DNA from: a bacterium UBP13_UBA5359
GTDB taxonomy: Bacteria > UBP13 > UBA5359
Length of the DNA stretch: 64,000 bases
NCBI GenBank assembly: GCA_002410925.1
Contig: DHPR01000015.1
Span: forward strand, 1 to 64,000
Direction: 5' to 3'
The position numbers and the translations under genes are program-made. The first letter of the stretch is position 1, and every line of letters begins with the position of its first letter. Shown one piece after another: positions 18,843 through 28,323 of this stretch. Below the pieces are notes generated by a model. The model had not been told where the DNA came from. It did no database searches and saw only the letters and a list, made by a program, of their open reading frames with translations.

Positions 18843-20555
18843 ATGGCCAACAAGAGAAAACTATTGGGAGAAATACTGGTTGAAACCGGTGTTATAACAG
18901 ACAAGCAATTGCAGCAGGCCATCTCCGTTAAACAAAAAACAGGCGAACCTATCGGCCGCGTTCTGGTAGACATGGGAATGGCTACCGAAAAGAACGTTTT
19001 CGAGGCGATGGGCAAGCAGCTGGGCGTTGAATATGTGGATATGGGAGATTATCCCGTTGACCCCAGCGTGATCAAGCTTGTACCGCTGCATATTGCACAA
19101 CGGTATAAGCTTGTCCCCATAAATCGGCGCGGCAACAAGCTGACCGTGGCTATGGTTGATCCTCTGAACATATTTGCCATCGATGATGTCAGGCTGATAA
19201 CCGGTTATGAAGTCGAACCTGTAATAGCCAGCGAAGATGACATAATGGATGTTTTCAGCCGTGGCTATAAAGTCGAGGATACCGTTAAGGATGCCCTGGC
19301 TGATATGGGTGAAGGAGTAGAGCAGGAGATGGATGTAACCCAGACCGAATCCGATCTCTCTCTTTCAGTAGACAGATTAAAAGAGATGGTTGAAGAGGCT
19401 CCCATAATCAGGGTTGTCAATACCTTGATTATGCGAGCCATCGATGATAGAGCCAGTGATATTCATGTTGAGCCTGAGAAGAATGCTTTAAGAGTTCGTT
19501 ATCGTGTTGATGGTGTTCTGCATGATGTTATGTCCATGCCCAAATATATTCATCCGGCGCTCTCTTCCAGAATAAAGATTATGGCTGATCTCAATATCGC
19601 TGAACGCAGGATACCGCAGGACGGCCGTATACATGTCAAGACGACCGATAAGGATATAGACCTTCGTGTATCCTCTTTGCCGACTATATACGGTGAGAAG
19701 ATAGTTATGCGTATTCTGGACAAGAGCAGTGTGTTGATCGGTTTGAATAAGCTGGGCTTTCTGACGGAAACACAAGCTCAGCTTGAGGAAATGATAACCA
19801 AGCCCAACGGCATGATTCTGGTAACCGGTCCTACAGGCAGCGGTAAAACGACGACTCTTTATTCAATTTTACAGAAGCTCAATTCTCCCGAGAAAAATAT
19901 CATAACGATCGAGGATCCTGTTGAATACCAGCTTCAAGGCATCAATCAGGTTCAGGTAAACTACAAAGCCGGTTTAACCTTTGCCAACGCCTTGAAGAGT
20001 TTTTTACGGCAGGACCCCGATATAATAATGGTCGGTGAGATTCGTGACCTGGATACCGCTGAGATAGCCGTTCATGCTGCTCTTACCGGTCACCTCGTGC
20101 TTAGCACTCTGCATACCAACGATGCTCCCACTACGATATCAAGGCTGATAGATATGGGGGTAGAACCTTTCCTTGTAGCCTCATCCGTGATAGGAGTTCT
20201 GGCACAGCGATTGGCCAGAGTGATCTGTCCCGAGTGCAAAACAGCTTACAAGCCCCCTATAGGTGCATTAAAGCGCTTAGGTGTGGAAGAGGGAGAAGAG
20301 GAGATGGAGCTTTTCCGGGGAGACGGGTGTGAGCTTTGCCGACGTACCGGATACAAGGGCAGAGTAGGCGTATACGAGATGATGCCCATGACGGAAGAGA
20401 TGTCCAATCTGACCTTGCGCAGAGCTCCGGCGCATGAGATAAAGGCGGCCGCTATGAAGGGCGGCATGACGACGCTTCAGGATGACGGATTGCAGAAGGT
20501 TATGCAGGGCATGACGACCTTTGATGAGATTATGCGAGTAGTATTTGTTGGGTAG
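18843..20555 (+). CDS. pilB: Type IV pilus extension ATPase PilB (GspE family) with an N-terminal MshEN-like domain
   Basis: ASDIHVEP, GPTGSGKTTT, TIEDPVE, LRQDPDIIMVGEIRD, TGHLVLSTLHTND, CPEC...CELC zinc site, GYKGR. Confidence 0.96.
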   Translation: MANKRKLLGEILVETGVITDKQLQQAISVKQKTGEPIGRVLVDMGMATEKNVFEAMGKQLGVEYVDMGDYPVDPSVIKLVPLHIAQRYKLVPINRRGNKLTVAMVDPLNIFAIDDVRLITGYEVEPVIASEDDIMDVFSRGYKVEDTVKDALADMGEGVEQEMDVTQTESDLSLSVDRLKEMVEEAPIIRVVNTLIMRAIDDRASDIHVEPEKNALRVRYRVDGVLHDVMSMPKYIHPALSSRIKIMADLNIAERRIPQDGRIHVKTTDKDIDLRVSSLPTIYGEKIVMRILDKSSVLIGLNKLGFLTETQAQLEEMITKPNGMILVTGPTGSGKTTTLYSILQKLNSPEKNIITIEDPVEYQLQGINQVQVNYKAGLTFANALKSFLRQDPDIIMVGEIRDLDTAEIAVHAALTGHLVLSTLHTNDAPTTISRLIDMGVEPFLVASSVIGVLAQRLARVICPECKTAYKPPIGALKRLGVEEGEEEMELFRGDGCELCRRTGYKGRVGVYEMMPMTEEMSNLTLRRAPAHEIKAAAMKGGMTTLQDDGLQKVMQGMTTFDEIMRVVFVG

Positions 20556-20564
20556 TGATGTTTT

Positions 20565-21668
20565 ATGCGTAAGATAGAGCAGTTAACACTGGATGCGGTA
20601 TTGATGATCGTTTATGAAAAGGGCGCTTCTGATCTTCATCTCATGACAGGCGTTCCTCCGGTTTTACGTCTTGACGGAATGCTTATGCCCCTGGAAGTTG
20701 AAGAGATGACGACGGACGATGTCCAGCGCATGCTTTATGACATTCTTACCGATGAACAGGTTAAGCGTTTTGAAACGAATATGGAGCTGGATTTCTCTTA
20801 TGCTTTGCGTGACCGTGCACGATTCAGAGTAAATGTATATCGTGACAAGGGGGCTATGGCAGCCGCTTTTAGGCTCATTCCCGCCAAAATACCTACGCTG
20901 GCTGAATTGGGGCTGCCCAAGATTATGGTTGAGCTTACCAGGCGGCCTCGCGGACTTATTCTGGTAACCGGTCCTACAGGCTCAGGTAAATCTACCACCC
21001 TCGCAGCTATGCTCAATCAGGTCAACAATGAACGCAATGCTCATATTATAACTATAGAAGATCCCTTGGAGTATCTGCACAGTCACGGCAAAAGCATCAT
21101 AAATCAGCGAGAACTGGGAATGGATACCTTATCCTTTGCTAATGCACTGCGAGCGGCTTTACGCGAAGATCCCGATGTGATCCTGGTGGGTGAGATGCGA
21201 GACCTTGAAACGATCTCCGCCGCCATTACTATTGCAGAAACCGGACACCTGGTGCTGGCTACCCTTCATACCAATAATGCAGTTCAGGCGGTTGACAGAA
21301 TGATAGATGTTTTCCCTCCGCATCAGCAGGAGCAGATAAGGACGCAACTATCCAATAATCTGGAAGCCGTTATAGCGCAGCAGCTTATTCCCAGAGTCGG
21401 GCAACCGGGACGGGTGGCCGCTGTTGAGGTTATGATAGCTACGCCTGCAATTAGAAATCTTATCAGAGAGGCTAAAGCACATCAGATGTATTCAATTATA
21501 CAGACTAGCGCACAGTTTGGTATGCAGACAATGGATCAGGCCTTGAAGGATCTTTATCTGTGCGGGCTTATCAGTCATGAAGATGCTGTCAGCAGAGCTA
21601 TGAATCCTGCTGATTTGCAGAGGATGGTTGCAGAAACAAGGCAGGAATATGCGAGACAGAGGAGGTAG
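20565..21668 (+). CDS. pilT: Type IV pilus retraction ATPase PilT
   Basis: ASDLHL, GPTGSGKSTT, LREDPDVILVGEMRD, AETGHLV.ATLHT and the AIRNLIRE motif. Confidence 0.97.
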   Translation: MRKIEQLTLDAVLMIVYEKGASDLHLMTGVPPVLRLDGMLMPLEVEEMTTDDVQRMLYDILTDEQVKRFETNMELDFSYALRDRARFRVNVYRDKGAMAAAFRLIPAKIPTLAELGLPKIMVELTRRPRGLILVTGPTGSGKSTTLAAMLNQVNNERNAHIITIEDPLEYLHSHGKSIINQRELGMDTLSFANALRAALREDPDVILVGEMRDLETISAAITIAETGHLVLATLHTNNAVQAVDRMIDVFPPHQQEQIRTQLSNNLEAVIAQQLIPRVGQPGRVAAVEVMIATPAIRNLIREAKAHQMYSIIQTSAQFGMQTMDQALKDLYLCGLISHEDAVSRAMNPADLQRMVAETRQEYARQRR

Positions 21669-21672
21669 TTGA

Positions 21673-22920
21673 ATGCCGGCCTATACTTATGTCGCCAAGG
21701 ATGCCACAGGACAGGTAATAAGCGGCACCTTAGATGCTGCAGATGATAAGACAGTTGCCAGCCGTCTTATGGAGATGGGCTATTATGTAACATCCATAAG
21801 CAAGGGAAGCGGCGAAAAGGGTACGGGCATGAACATCAATATCAAGCTGCCCGGAAAACGCAAAGTCGGCTTGAAGGATTTGGTGTTGTTCTGCCGTCAG
21901 TTTTCCACTATGATAAATGCCGGCGTATCCCTGGTGCGCTGCCTGAATATACTTCAGGAACAGACCAGCAATGCCGGCTTGAAGCAGATATTATCAAATG
22001 TGCAGCAGGAGATTGAGGGTGGCTCTACTTTATCGGCGTCCTTAGCCAAGTACCCCAAGGTGTTCTCCGGACTTTTCGTGGGTTTGATACGCGCCGGAGA
22101 GGTCGGCGGTGTTTTGGATACTACTCTGGATAGGCTGGCTGGCTTTCTTGAGAAGGACCTGGAGTTGCGGCGGAAGATAAAAGGGGCTATGACATATCCG
22201 GCACTGGTCATGAGCGTGGCGGTTATAATTGTATTCTTCCTTATAACCTTCATTGTGCCCAAGTTTATGGAGATGTTTAAGGATATGGAGATTCAGATGC
22301 CGGCAATGACGATGATGCTTATGCAACTGGGCGACTTCTCAAAGAAGTACTGGTATGCTCTTCCCGTTGTTGGCGGCGGGGGCTTTTTCGCTTTCAAGCA
22401 GTATACAAATACTGCTTCCGGACGCAGGCAATGGGATTGGGTGCGCCTGAAGTTTCCTGTATTCGGGCCGCTAAATCAGAAGGTGGCCATGGCAAGATTC
22501 AGTCGTACTTTGAATACCCTGCTGGTCAGCGGTGTTCCAATATTGCAGGCGATGGAAACCGTAGCCGGAACGCTGGGTAACGAGATTATTTCCAAAGCTG
22601 TTACCGATGCCCGGGTCAGCATCAGGGAAGGAGAGAGTATAGCTACTCCGTTAGCAGAGAGCAAGCTCTTCCCTCCAATGGTGGTTCAGATGATCATCGT
22701 TGGTGAAGAGACCGGCGCCCTGGATGAATTGCTGGCCAAGATTGCGGATTTTTATGATGATGAGGTCAGCGTGGCGGTGGAAGGACTGACAGCTGCATTG
22801 GAGCCGCTTATGATTGTTTTTCTGGGATCCGTTGTGGGCTTTATCGTTATCGCTATGATGATGCCAATGGTTTCTTTAATCAGCGGTCTGAGCGGAGGCG
22901 CTGACGGCGGTGGCGGATAG
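21673..22920 (+). CDS. pilC: Type IV pilus inner-membrane platform protein PilC (GspF family)
   Basis: FCRQFSTMINAGV, GEVGG.LD, A.TYP, FPPMVVQMI.VGEETGALD, LEPLMIV. Confidence 0.96.
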   Translation: MPAYTYVAKDATGQVISGTLDAADDKTVASRLMEMGYYVTSISKGSGEKGTGMNINIKLPGKRKVGLKDLVLFCRQFSTMINAGVSLVRCLNILQEQTSNAGLKQILSNVQQEIEGGSTLSASLAKYPKVFSGLFVGLIRAGEVGGVLDTTLDRLAGFLEKDLELRRKIKGAMTYPALVMSVAVIIVFFLITFIVPKFMEMFKDMEIQMPAMTMMLMQLGDFSKKYWYALPVVGGGGFFAFKQYTNTASGRRQWDWVRLKFPVFGPLNQKVAMARFSRTLNTLLVSGVPILQAMETVAGTLGNEIISKAVTDARVSIREGESIATPLAESKLFPPMVVQMIIVGEETGALDELLAKIADFYDDEVSVAVEGLTAALEPLMIVFLGSVVGFIVIAMMMPMVSLISGLSGGADGGGG

Positions 22921-22936
22921 GGCGGGTGAGTGATCT

Positions 22937-23749
22937 TTGGCAATACCGATTATAATATTTATTCTTGGTCTCTTTGTTGGGAGCTTTCTCAATGTTTGCA
23001 TATATCGTTGGCCGCTTGACAGGTCAGTGATAAAACCGCGGTCGGCCTGCACAAATTGCGGCACTTTTTTAATGCCTGCCGACCTGATTCCGGTGTTAAG
23101 CTATTTGGCCTGCAACGGAAGATGCCGCTATTGCAAATCGCCAATATCGCCGCGTTACGCATTGGTGGAGCTTCTCACAGGGATAACCTTTGTAGCCTTA
23201 TACCGGTCACAGGGCTTGACTTTTGAGCTCTTGAGTTATGCCATACTCTTCTCTTTGCTGATAATAGCGTTCTTTACAGATATCGATTATCAAATAATAC
23301 CCGATCAGGTGTCATGGGGCGGTATGGCTATCGGCATCCTTTTTGATGTGGCTTTGCTCTCTGCCGGATATGCCAGGCCTACTGTTGATCTGCCATTCTT
23401 TACAAATGGTATTTCAGTGCCCGGTTCCATTTTTGGTGCGGTAACCTGCTTTGCTCTTTTTTGGATGATTGCCGCAGGCGCTTCTGTTCTATTTAAGGCT
23501 GAAGCTCTGGGTGGCGGAGATATCAAGCTTGCCGGTGCTGTTGGAGCATTTCTAGGCTGGAAGCTGGCCTTACTCTCTTTTGTTTTGGCCTTTCTGCTTG
23601 GTGCCGCAGGAGGAATAATTCTGCTGGTGTCGAAATTAAAAACTAGAAGGGAGTATATTCCTTTTGGCCCTTTTATGGTTATTGGCGCTGTAACGGCAGT
23701 ATTTGTTGGAACGCCTATACTGGTATGGTATTTGAATTTTTATTTCTAA
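22937..23749 (+). CDS. pilD: Prepilin peptidase/N-methyltransferase
   Basis: GSFLNVCIYR, CTNC...CRYC, TDIDYQIIPD, LGGGDIKL, IPFGPF. Confidence 0.96.
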   Translation: MAIPIIIFILGLFVGSFLNVCIYRWPLDRSVIKPRSACTNCGTFLMPADLIPVLSYLACNGRCRYCKSPISPRYALVELLTGITFVALYRSQGLTFELLSYAILFSLLIIAFFTDIDYQIIPDQVSWGGMAIGILFDVALLSAGYARPTVDLPFFTNGISVPGSIFGAVTCFALFWMIAAGASVLFKAEALGGGDIKLAGAVGAFLGWKLALLSFVLAFLLGAAGGIILLVSKLKTRREYIPFGPFMVIGAVTAVFVGTPILVWYLNFYF

Positions 23750-23773
23750 ACGAATTGAGGATGGACAACGGTA

Positions 23774-24457
23774 TTGCTCAAAAAATTACGTTTGACATCT
23801 ATTAAGAGAAGGTGCTCCAGCGGCTTCTCTGTAGTGGAGTTGCTGGTGGTGATGGCCATAGCGGCTTTATTAAGCGCTATCTTATACCCTGTTTTCAGCT
23901 CTGCCCGTGAAAAGGCAAAGCAATCTGCCTGCATAAGCAATATCAAGAGCATCTCTTCCGCCATCAAGATGTATGCGCTTGATCATAATCAGAAAATTCC
24001 GAATAGAGTAGAGGGTGCCGACAGCTGGGCTGGTACACTTAAGAAGAGTAGATATATAGAGAGCTATGCAATGTTCAAATGTCCGAACGATACCAGAAAT
24101 ATAGTGCTGCCGGACCCGAGCTTTATGGGCAGCAAGGATCACTGGGATAAAATAAGTTACAGCTATGCTCCCAGCGGCAGCCGTCGTGACAGCAGCGGCG
24201 TACTGCTGTCTGCCGATCCGACGCAATTCGAGAATCAAGATAATCCGAATGGTAAAATAGCGCTCTCGAGTTATGATGATGTCGCCGTATCCGGTGTTCA
24301 TCCTCCCTTACCCTTTTGCGGAAAGTATGGGCCGGATAGCGCCAAGAGTGCCGGAGGAGAGCATGGGAGCGCATATTTTGTCCTTTATCGTGATGGCCAC
24401 GGTGAGAAGTATAGAAATAATGCATCCGGTGCTCCTACGGCTGCTGCTGGATGGTGA
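23774..24457 (+). CDS. Prepilin-type protein of the DUF1559 / H-X9-DG class
   Basis: G|FSVVELLVVMAI cleavage site, LYPVFSSAREKAKQSACISNIKSI, FKCPND and C-terminal H-GSAYFVLYR-DG. Confidence 0.85.
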   Translation: MLKKLRLTSIKRRCSSGFSVVELLVVMAIAALLSAILYPVFSSAREKAKQSACISNIKSISSAIKMYALDHNQKIPNRVEGADSWAGTLKKSRYIESYAMFKCPNDTRNIVLPDPSFMGSKDHWDKISYSYAPSGSRRDSSGVLLSADPTQFENQDNPNGKIALSSYDDVAVSGVHPPLPFCGKYGPDSAKSAGGEHGSAYFVLYRDGHGEKYRNNASGAPTAAAGW

Positions 24458-24461
24458 TCCT

Positions 24462-25262
24462 ATGAGTATGAAGAGATATGCAAAGGTAGAAGACTATAAA
24501 GGAAAGGCTTCAGCTCTTTTTTCGATGGCAAAGGTAAGGTTGTTGTGGCGGAGGGCTTCGTCTGCAACCGGTAATCGTTCGGGACTCTCTCTTCTGGAAA
24601 TCCTGGTTGCCATGGCGGTTCTGCTGATAGGCATATTGGCGGTAGTCAAGATATTTCCGGAGGGTTTTGTCACTATTGAGCACACCAACTCTATGGCTGT
24701 GGCCGATTCTCTGGCCGCTTATCAGCTGGAAGAGTTGCGATTATTAGGATATGATAAACTGCCGGTTATGGAAGCGCCCGGAGGTGGACAACAGAACTTT
24801 TCAATAAATGGATGTCCTGATCATTTTGAATTAGGTTCAGGCTTGGGTTCTGTTGAAAAGAGAGATGGCAATGGTGAATATCTGCCGCTGGAAGAGGGCT
24901 CGGGAAAAGATTACCTGGTTTCAATGGCTGATACCGATCCTGATGATGATGTCGTTGATTATACCATAAACTTTCAAGCTGCTCCTGATGCCGCTGATAT
25001 GATAAGAATAGGCTATTCCGTCAAGATATGGAAGGATAAAATCAATTATTCTTTCGATCCCGGAACGGGAAAGAAAGAGGGGCTTGAAGATGGAACAGGA
25101 TTGGTCTATATAGAATACGTTGAGAAGGGTGAGAAGAGTGGAAAGCCTTACCTTCTTTCATCTATGAGCAGAAAGCCTATGAAGCTGGCAACGGTTAAGA
25201 TTTCCTGGACGGAACGGAATAGAAAGAGAAGTTTTTCCAGGCAAGCGTTGATAGGCAGGTAA
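24462..25262 (+). CDS. Minor pilin, PilV-like
   Basis: G|LSLLEILVAMAVLLIGILAV, then LAAYQLEELR and a C-terminal ATVKISW strand. Start moved to just after the previous stop (alternative 24525). Confidence 0.75.
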   Translation: MSMKRYAKVEDYKGKASALFSMAKVRLLWRRASSATGNRSGLSLLEILVAMAVLLIGILAVVKIFPEGFVTIEHTNSMAVADSLAAYQLEELRLLGYDKLPVMEAPGGGQQNFSINGCPDHFELGSGLGSVEKRDGNGEYLPLEEGSGKDYLVSMADTDPDDDVVDYTINFQAAPDAADMIRIGYSVKIWKDKINYSFDPGTGKKEGLEDGTGLVYIEYVEKGEKSGKPYLLSSMSRKPMKLATVKISWTERNRKRSFSRQALIGR

Positions 25263-25326
25263 CAATGAAATGATCTTTAATCTTTTAAAATTATCATCCG
25301 TCGTGTCTCTATCCGTCAGCGTTTTT

Positions 25327-25947
25327 ATGCTTGACAAAACGGTATGTAAAGAAAAGAGACGGGGCTTTACTCTGATAGAGGTAACCATAGCTATAGCTGT
25401 TCTGGTTATCCTTCTGGGCTTTATTCTCGGTCCTATGCTGGTGGGCTTTGACTATTTTCATAAAGGCGATGCTCGTGTCGATATACGGCAGAACGCCGCC
25501 ATTGCCATGGATAACATACTTAAAGATGTAAGAGAAGCTATGTATGTTTATGTGATTGATGATTCAGGGAAGGCAGTGATAGATTGCGATGCTTACGAAC
25601 TCTGGATATGGTTACCGTCAAGGGCTGATATAAACGGCAACGCGGAGAATATTCTGTATGAAGGCCGCCCGATCGAGCCGCTCGATAAAAACAACGGCGA
25701 TAAAATTCATTACTATACCAAGGATCGTGATACCAACCCGCGCCTCCATAAAGAGGTATATGCCAAGGGATCTGCCACCATGTCGGGAGAAAATGCCGTT
25801 GTCGGCAATGTTAAAACGGAAACAAAGTTTAATTGCAGCAAAAGCGGCATTGTGACTGTAGATATAACGGCTATAAAAATAGATAGCGGTGATGGGACAG
25901 AGCACCGTTTGCATCTAACGTCTAAAGCTAGGCCGATGATTAGATGA
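25327..25947 (+). CDS. Minor pilin, PilW/PulJ-like
   Basis: KRRG|FTLIEVTIAIAVLVILLG and RQNAAIAMDNILKDVREA. Start moved to ATG 25327. Confidence 0.8.
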   Translation: MLDKTVCKEKRRGFTLIEVTIAIAVLVILLGFILGPMLVGFDYFHKGDARVDIRQNAAIAMDNILKDVREAMYVYVIDDSGKAVIDCDAYELWIWLPSRADINGNAENILYEGRPIEPLDKNNGDKIHYYTKDRDTNPRLHKEVYAKGSATMSGENAVVGNVKTETKFNCSKSGIVTVDITAIKIDSGDGTEHRLHLTSKARPMIR

Positions 25948-26033
25948 TTAAATAAAGCAAAAGATGCTTGTTAGAAGGAGAAGGAGATATCTACGTTGAA
26001 TATAATACTGATTAAATGCATTTGGGGATATAA

Positions 26034-27614
26034 ATGAGTTTCTTCAGTAAAATCCTCGGCCATCAAAACCGGTATACCGGGGTCGATATCGGGACAGATT
26101 CTATAAAGATGGTAGAGATAGAAGCTACCAAGAATGGCCTTCGCCTTGTCAATATAGGTGTTGAGGATACTCCGGCAGAAGCTATTGAGTCTAGCATTAT
26201 TACGGATTCTCAATCTATTGGAGAGGCGTTGATTCGGCTTATATCCAGAGAAGGCTTCAGCAGATCTTCCGCCGTTTCATCTTTGGCCGGCCAGGCACTG
26301 ATCACCCGTCTTATAGAAGTGCCGCATATGGGTGATGCCGAGTTAGCTGAAGCTATGAAATGGGAAGTTGAGCGATATATACCCTTTCCCGCCAAAGAAG
26401 TGGTTTTGGATTTTAAATCCTTGCCTGTGGAGGATCTTGACGCTACTCAGATGGAGGTTCTTCTTGTCGCCGCTAAAAAAGAGATGGTCAGCAATCATAT
26501 AGCGGCTCTGAATAGAGCCCGGCTGGATCTCGCGGCTATTGATATCGAGCCACTGGCTCTGTCCAGAGCTCTTATCGATATACATAATCATAGCGATAAC
26601 AGGGCTCCTGTAAATATCATGCTTGTCAATATCGGTGCCTCTCTGACCGATATAACCATAATTAAAGATGGAAATATAGGTTTCAATCGCGGCATACCTA
26701 CAGGCAGCAATAATATAACGCAGGCGATAAGTAATTTCCTGCTGGTGGGCGCTGACGAAGCAGAGCAGGTAAAGTTGATGCAGACTATCATTCCGAAGCA
26801 GGATGCCGTTATTGAGACTGACGGCGAAACTCTATCAAGCGTTGGGCCGCTTACGGAGAGTGTTAATGATTACAATAGAATACTTGGCAATATGGATACC
26901 GGCACGGAGGCAGGCGGCGATGAACTCTCTGGCGCTACCGGTGATGTATCAAGCATCGAAACATCTGATGCCTCAAATAAGATGCTTGACTTGACGAGCT
27001 TTCTTACTCAAAATATCGAGTCAAATGATGAGGCCTCTGCCGCAGAGGAGGTTGCACCCGCGGAAGACAAAGAAGCGGGCAGCGAATATCAGGGATTATC
27101 TGTGGAGGCATTATATGGTATAGAACCGTTGGATCTCGGTAATGAAAAGGCTGCGGATGCCACAGCTTCCGCCGATATCGATGCTGATAGTAAGGTTGAA
27201 GCTGTGCAGGAAACGGAGGGAGAGCTCTCTCCGCCCGATGCATCATTATCGGTAACTGAAGATAGGCCTGCGGAAACTCCGGCTAAGGTCTCCGAATCCG
27301 AACCGGAAAAACTGATGGAGGCTATCCGTCCTCCATTGCAGGAGATTGTTAACGAGATAAGGCGTTCTCTTGATTATTTTCGTAGTAGAATAAAGGATTC
27401 CGGCGATATTGATCGTATAATTATAAGCGGGGGCGCTTCCAGGCTAAAGAACATAGATAATTTTTTGGAAGTTGAACTGGGCATACCGGTAGAGATTGCC
27501 AATCCCTTTTCTATGATTGATACCTCTGCCTTTGATAAGAAGTATATTGATGAAGCCTCACCGGTGTTTGCCATAGCAGTCGGATTGGCGATAAGGGAAT
27601 TTCTTGATAAATAA
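26034..27614 (+). CDS. pilM: Type IV pilus assembly protein PilM with a large acidic insertion
   Basis: GVDIGTDSIK, EVERYIPF, LLVAAKK, IDIEPLAL, VNIGAS.T, EIRRSLDYF, ISGGASRL, NPF, AVGLAIR. Confidence 0.93.
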   Translation: MSFFSKILGHQNRYTGVDIGTDSIKMVEIEATKNGLRLVNIGVEDTPAEAIESSIITDSQSIGEALIRLISREGFSRSSAVSSLAGQALITRLIEVPHMGDAELAEAMKWEVERYIPFPAKEVVLDFKSLPVEDLDATQMEVLLVAAKKEMVSNHIAALNRARLDLAAIDIEPLALSRALIDIHNHSDNRAPVNIMLVNIGASLTDITIIKDGNIGFNRGIPTGSNNITQAISNFLLVGADEAEQVKLMQTIIPKQDAVIETDGETLSSVGPLTESVNDYNRILGNMDTGTEAGGDELSGATGDVSSIETSDASNKMLDLTSFLTQNIESNDEASAAEEVAPAEDKEAGSEYQGLSVEALYGIEPLDLGNEKAADATASADIDADSKVEAVQETEGELSPPDASLSVTEDRPAETPAKVSESEPEKLMEAIRPPLQEIVNEIRRSLDYFRSRIKDSGDIDRIIISGGASRLKNIDNFLEVELGIPVEIANPFSMIDTSAFDKKYIDEASPVFAIAVGLAIREFLDK

Positions 27615-27633
27615 CGTTGGGTGGAGGTTGTAA

Positions 27634-28323
27634 TTGATCAAAATCAACCTTCTACCGCCGGAGATAGCAAGGCGGCGGAAGATACGTCAGATAGGAATAA
27701 TGTTCGGAACGATGAGCGCCATATACGTTGGTTTGCTGATATTTGTTTTTATTCTGCTCAGCGGCAGAATTGCGTTGGTGAATAGAGAGCTTGAGCAGGA
27801 AAAAATGGAGCTGCAGCGGTATTCCGCTCAATTATCACAAGTAGCCGCCTTGCGGAGTGCGATAAGCAATTTAGAGGAGAAATTGAACTTCAAATCCAAG
27901 GTAGCGGAGGCAAATAACAAATGGATAGCCCTTCTTGATCTTATAAGATTGTATACGCCGAAGGATGTCTGGATAACGGCAATAGATATCGCGCCTCCTG
28001 ATAGTGTTATCCTGAGCTGTAATACTCTCGGCGGCGCAAAGTCCATTGCCACATGTAACCTGAGTTTTATGAATTGTCAGAAGTTCAAGGATGTAACTGT
28101 AGATACGACAGCCTTCGCAGTGCCTAAAAAAGGCGGCCAGGCTGCACAGGAAGCGGGCGGGCAAAGAGCGGACTCAGGGATGTTGCAGTTTAAAGTGACC
28201 TTTAAATTGGTGGAGCCTGTAGGTTTACCCAAGGCAGCTGCCCCGGCGCCTGAAACCGAGGCGGGGCCCGAACAAGGAGATATGCCCCCTGATGGCGAAG
28301 CAGGCAGCGGAGGCATGGAGTAA
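27634..28323 (+). CDS. pilN: Type IV pilus assembly protein PilN
   Basis: INLLP motif, then TM, coiled coil and P.DVWIT. Confidence 0.9.
   Translation: MIKINLLPPEIARRRKIRQIGIMFGTMSAIYVGLLIFVFILLSGRIALVNRELEQEKMELQRYSAQLSQVAALRSAISNLEEKLNFKSKVAEANNKWIALLDLIRLYTPKDVWITAIDIAPPDSVILSCNTLGGAKSIATCNLSFMNCQKFKDVTVDTTAFAVPKKGGQAAQEAGGQRADSGMLQFKVTFKLVEPVGLPKAAAPAPETEAGPEQGDMPPDGEAGSGGME

Noticed and set aside
24273-24461. Long N-terminal extension of the PilV-like ORF overlapping the H-X9-DG pilin
   Set aside because: An artefact of choosing the most upstream start; an ATG just after the previous stop gives a normal arrangement.
26919-26939. DELSGAT in the PilM insertion matches the ApbE flavinylation motif DxxSGAT
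   Set aside because: PilM is cytoplasmic while this ApbE has an export anchor. The match lies in low-complexity D/S/G/A/T-rich sequence and lacks the usual following TS, so chance is likely.
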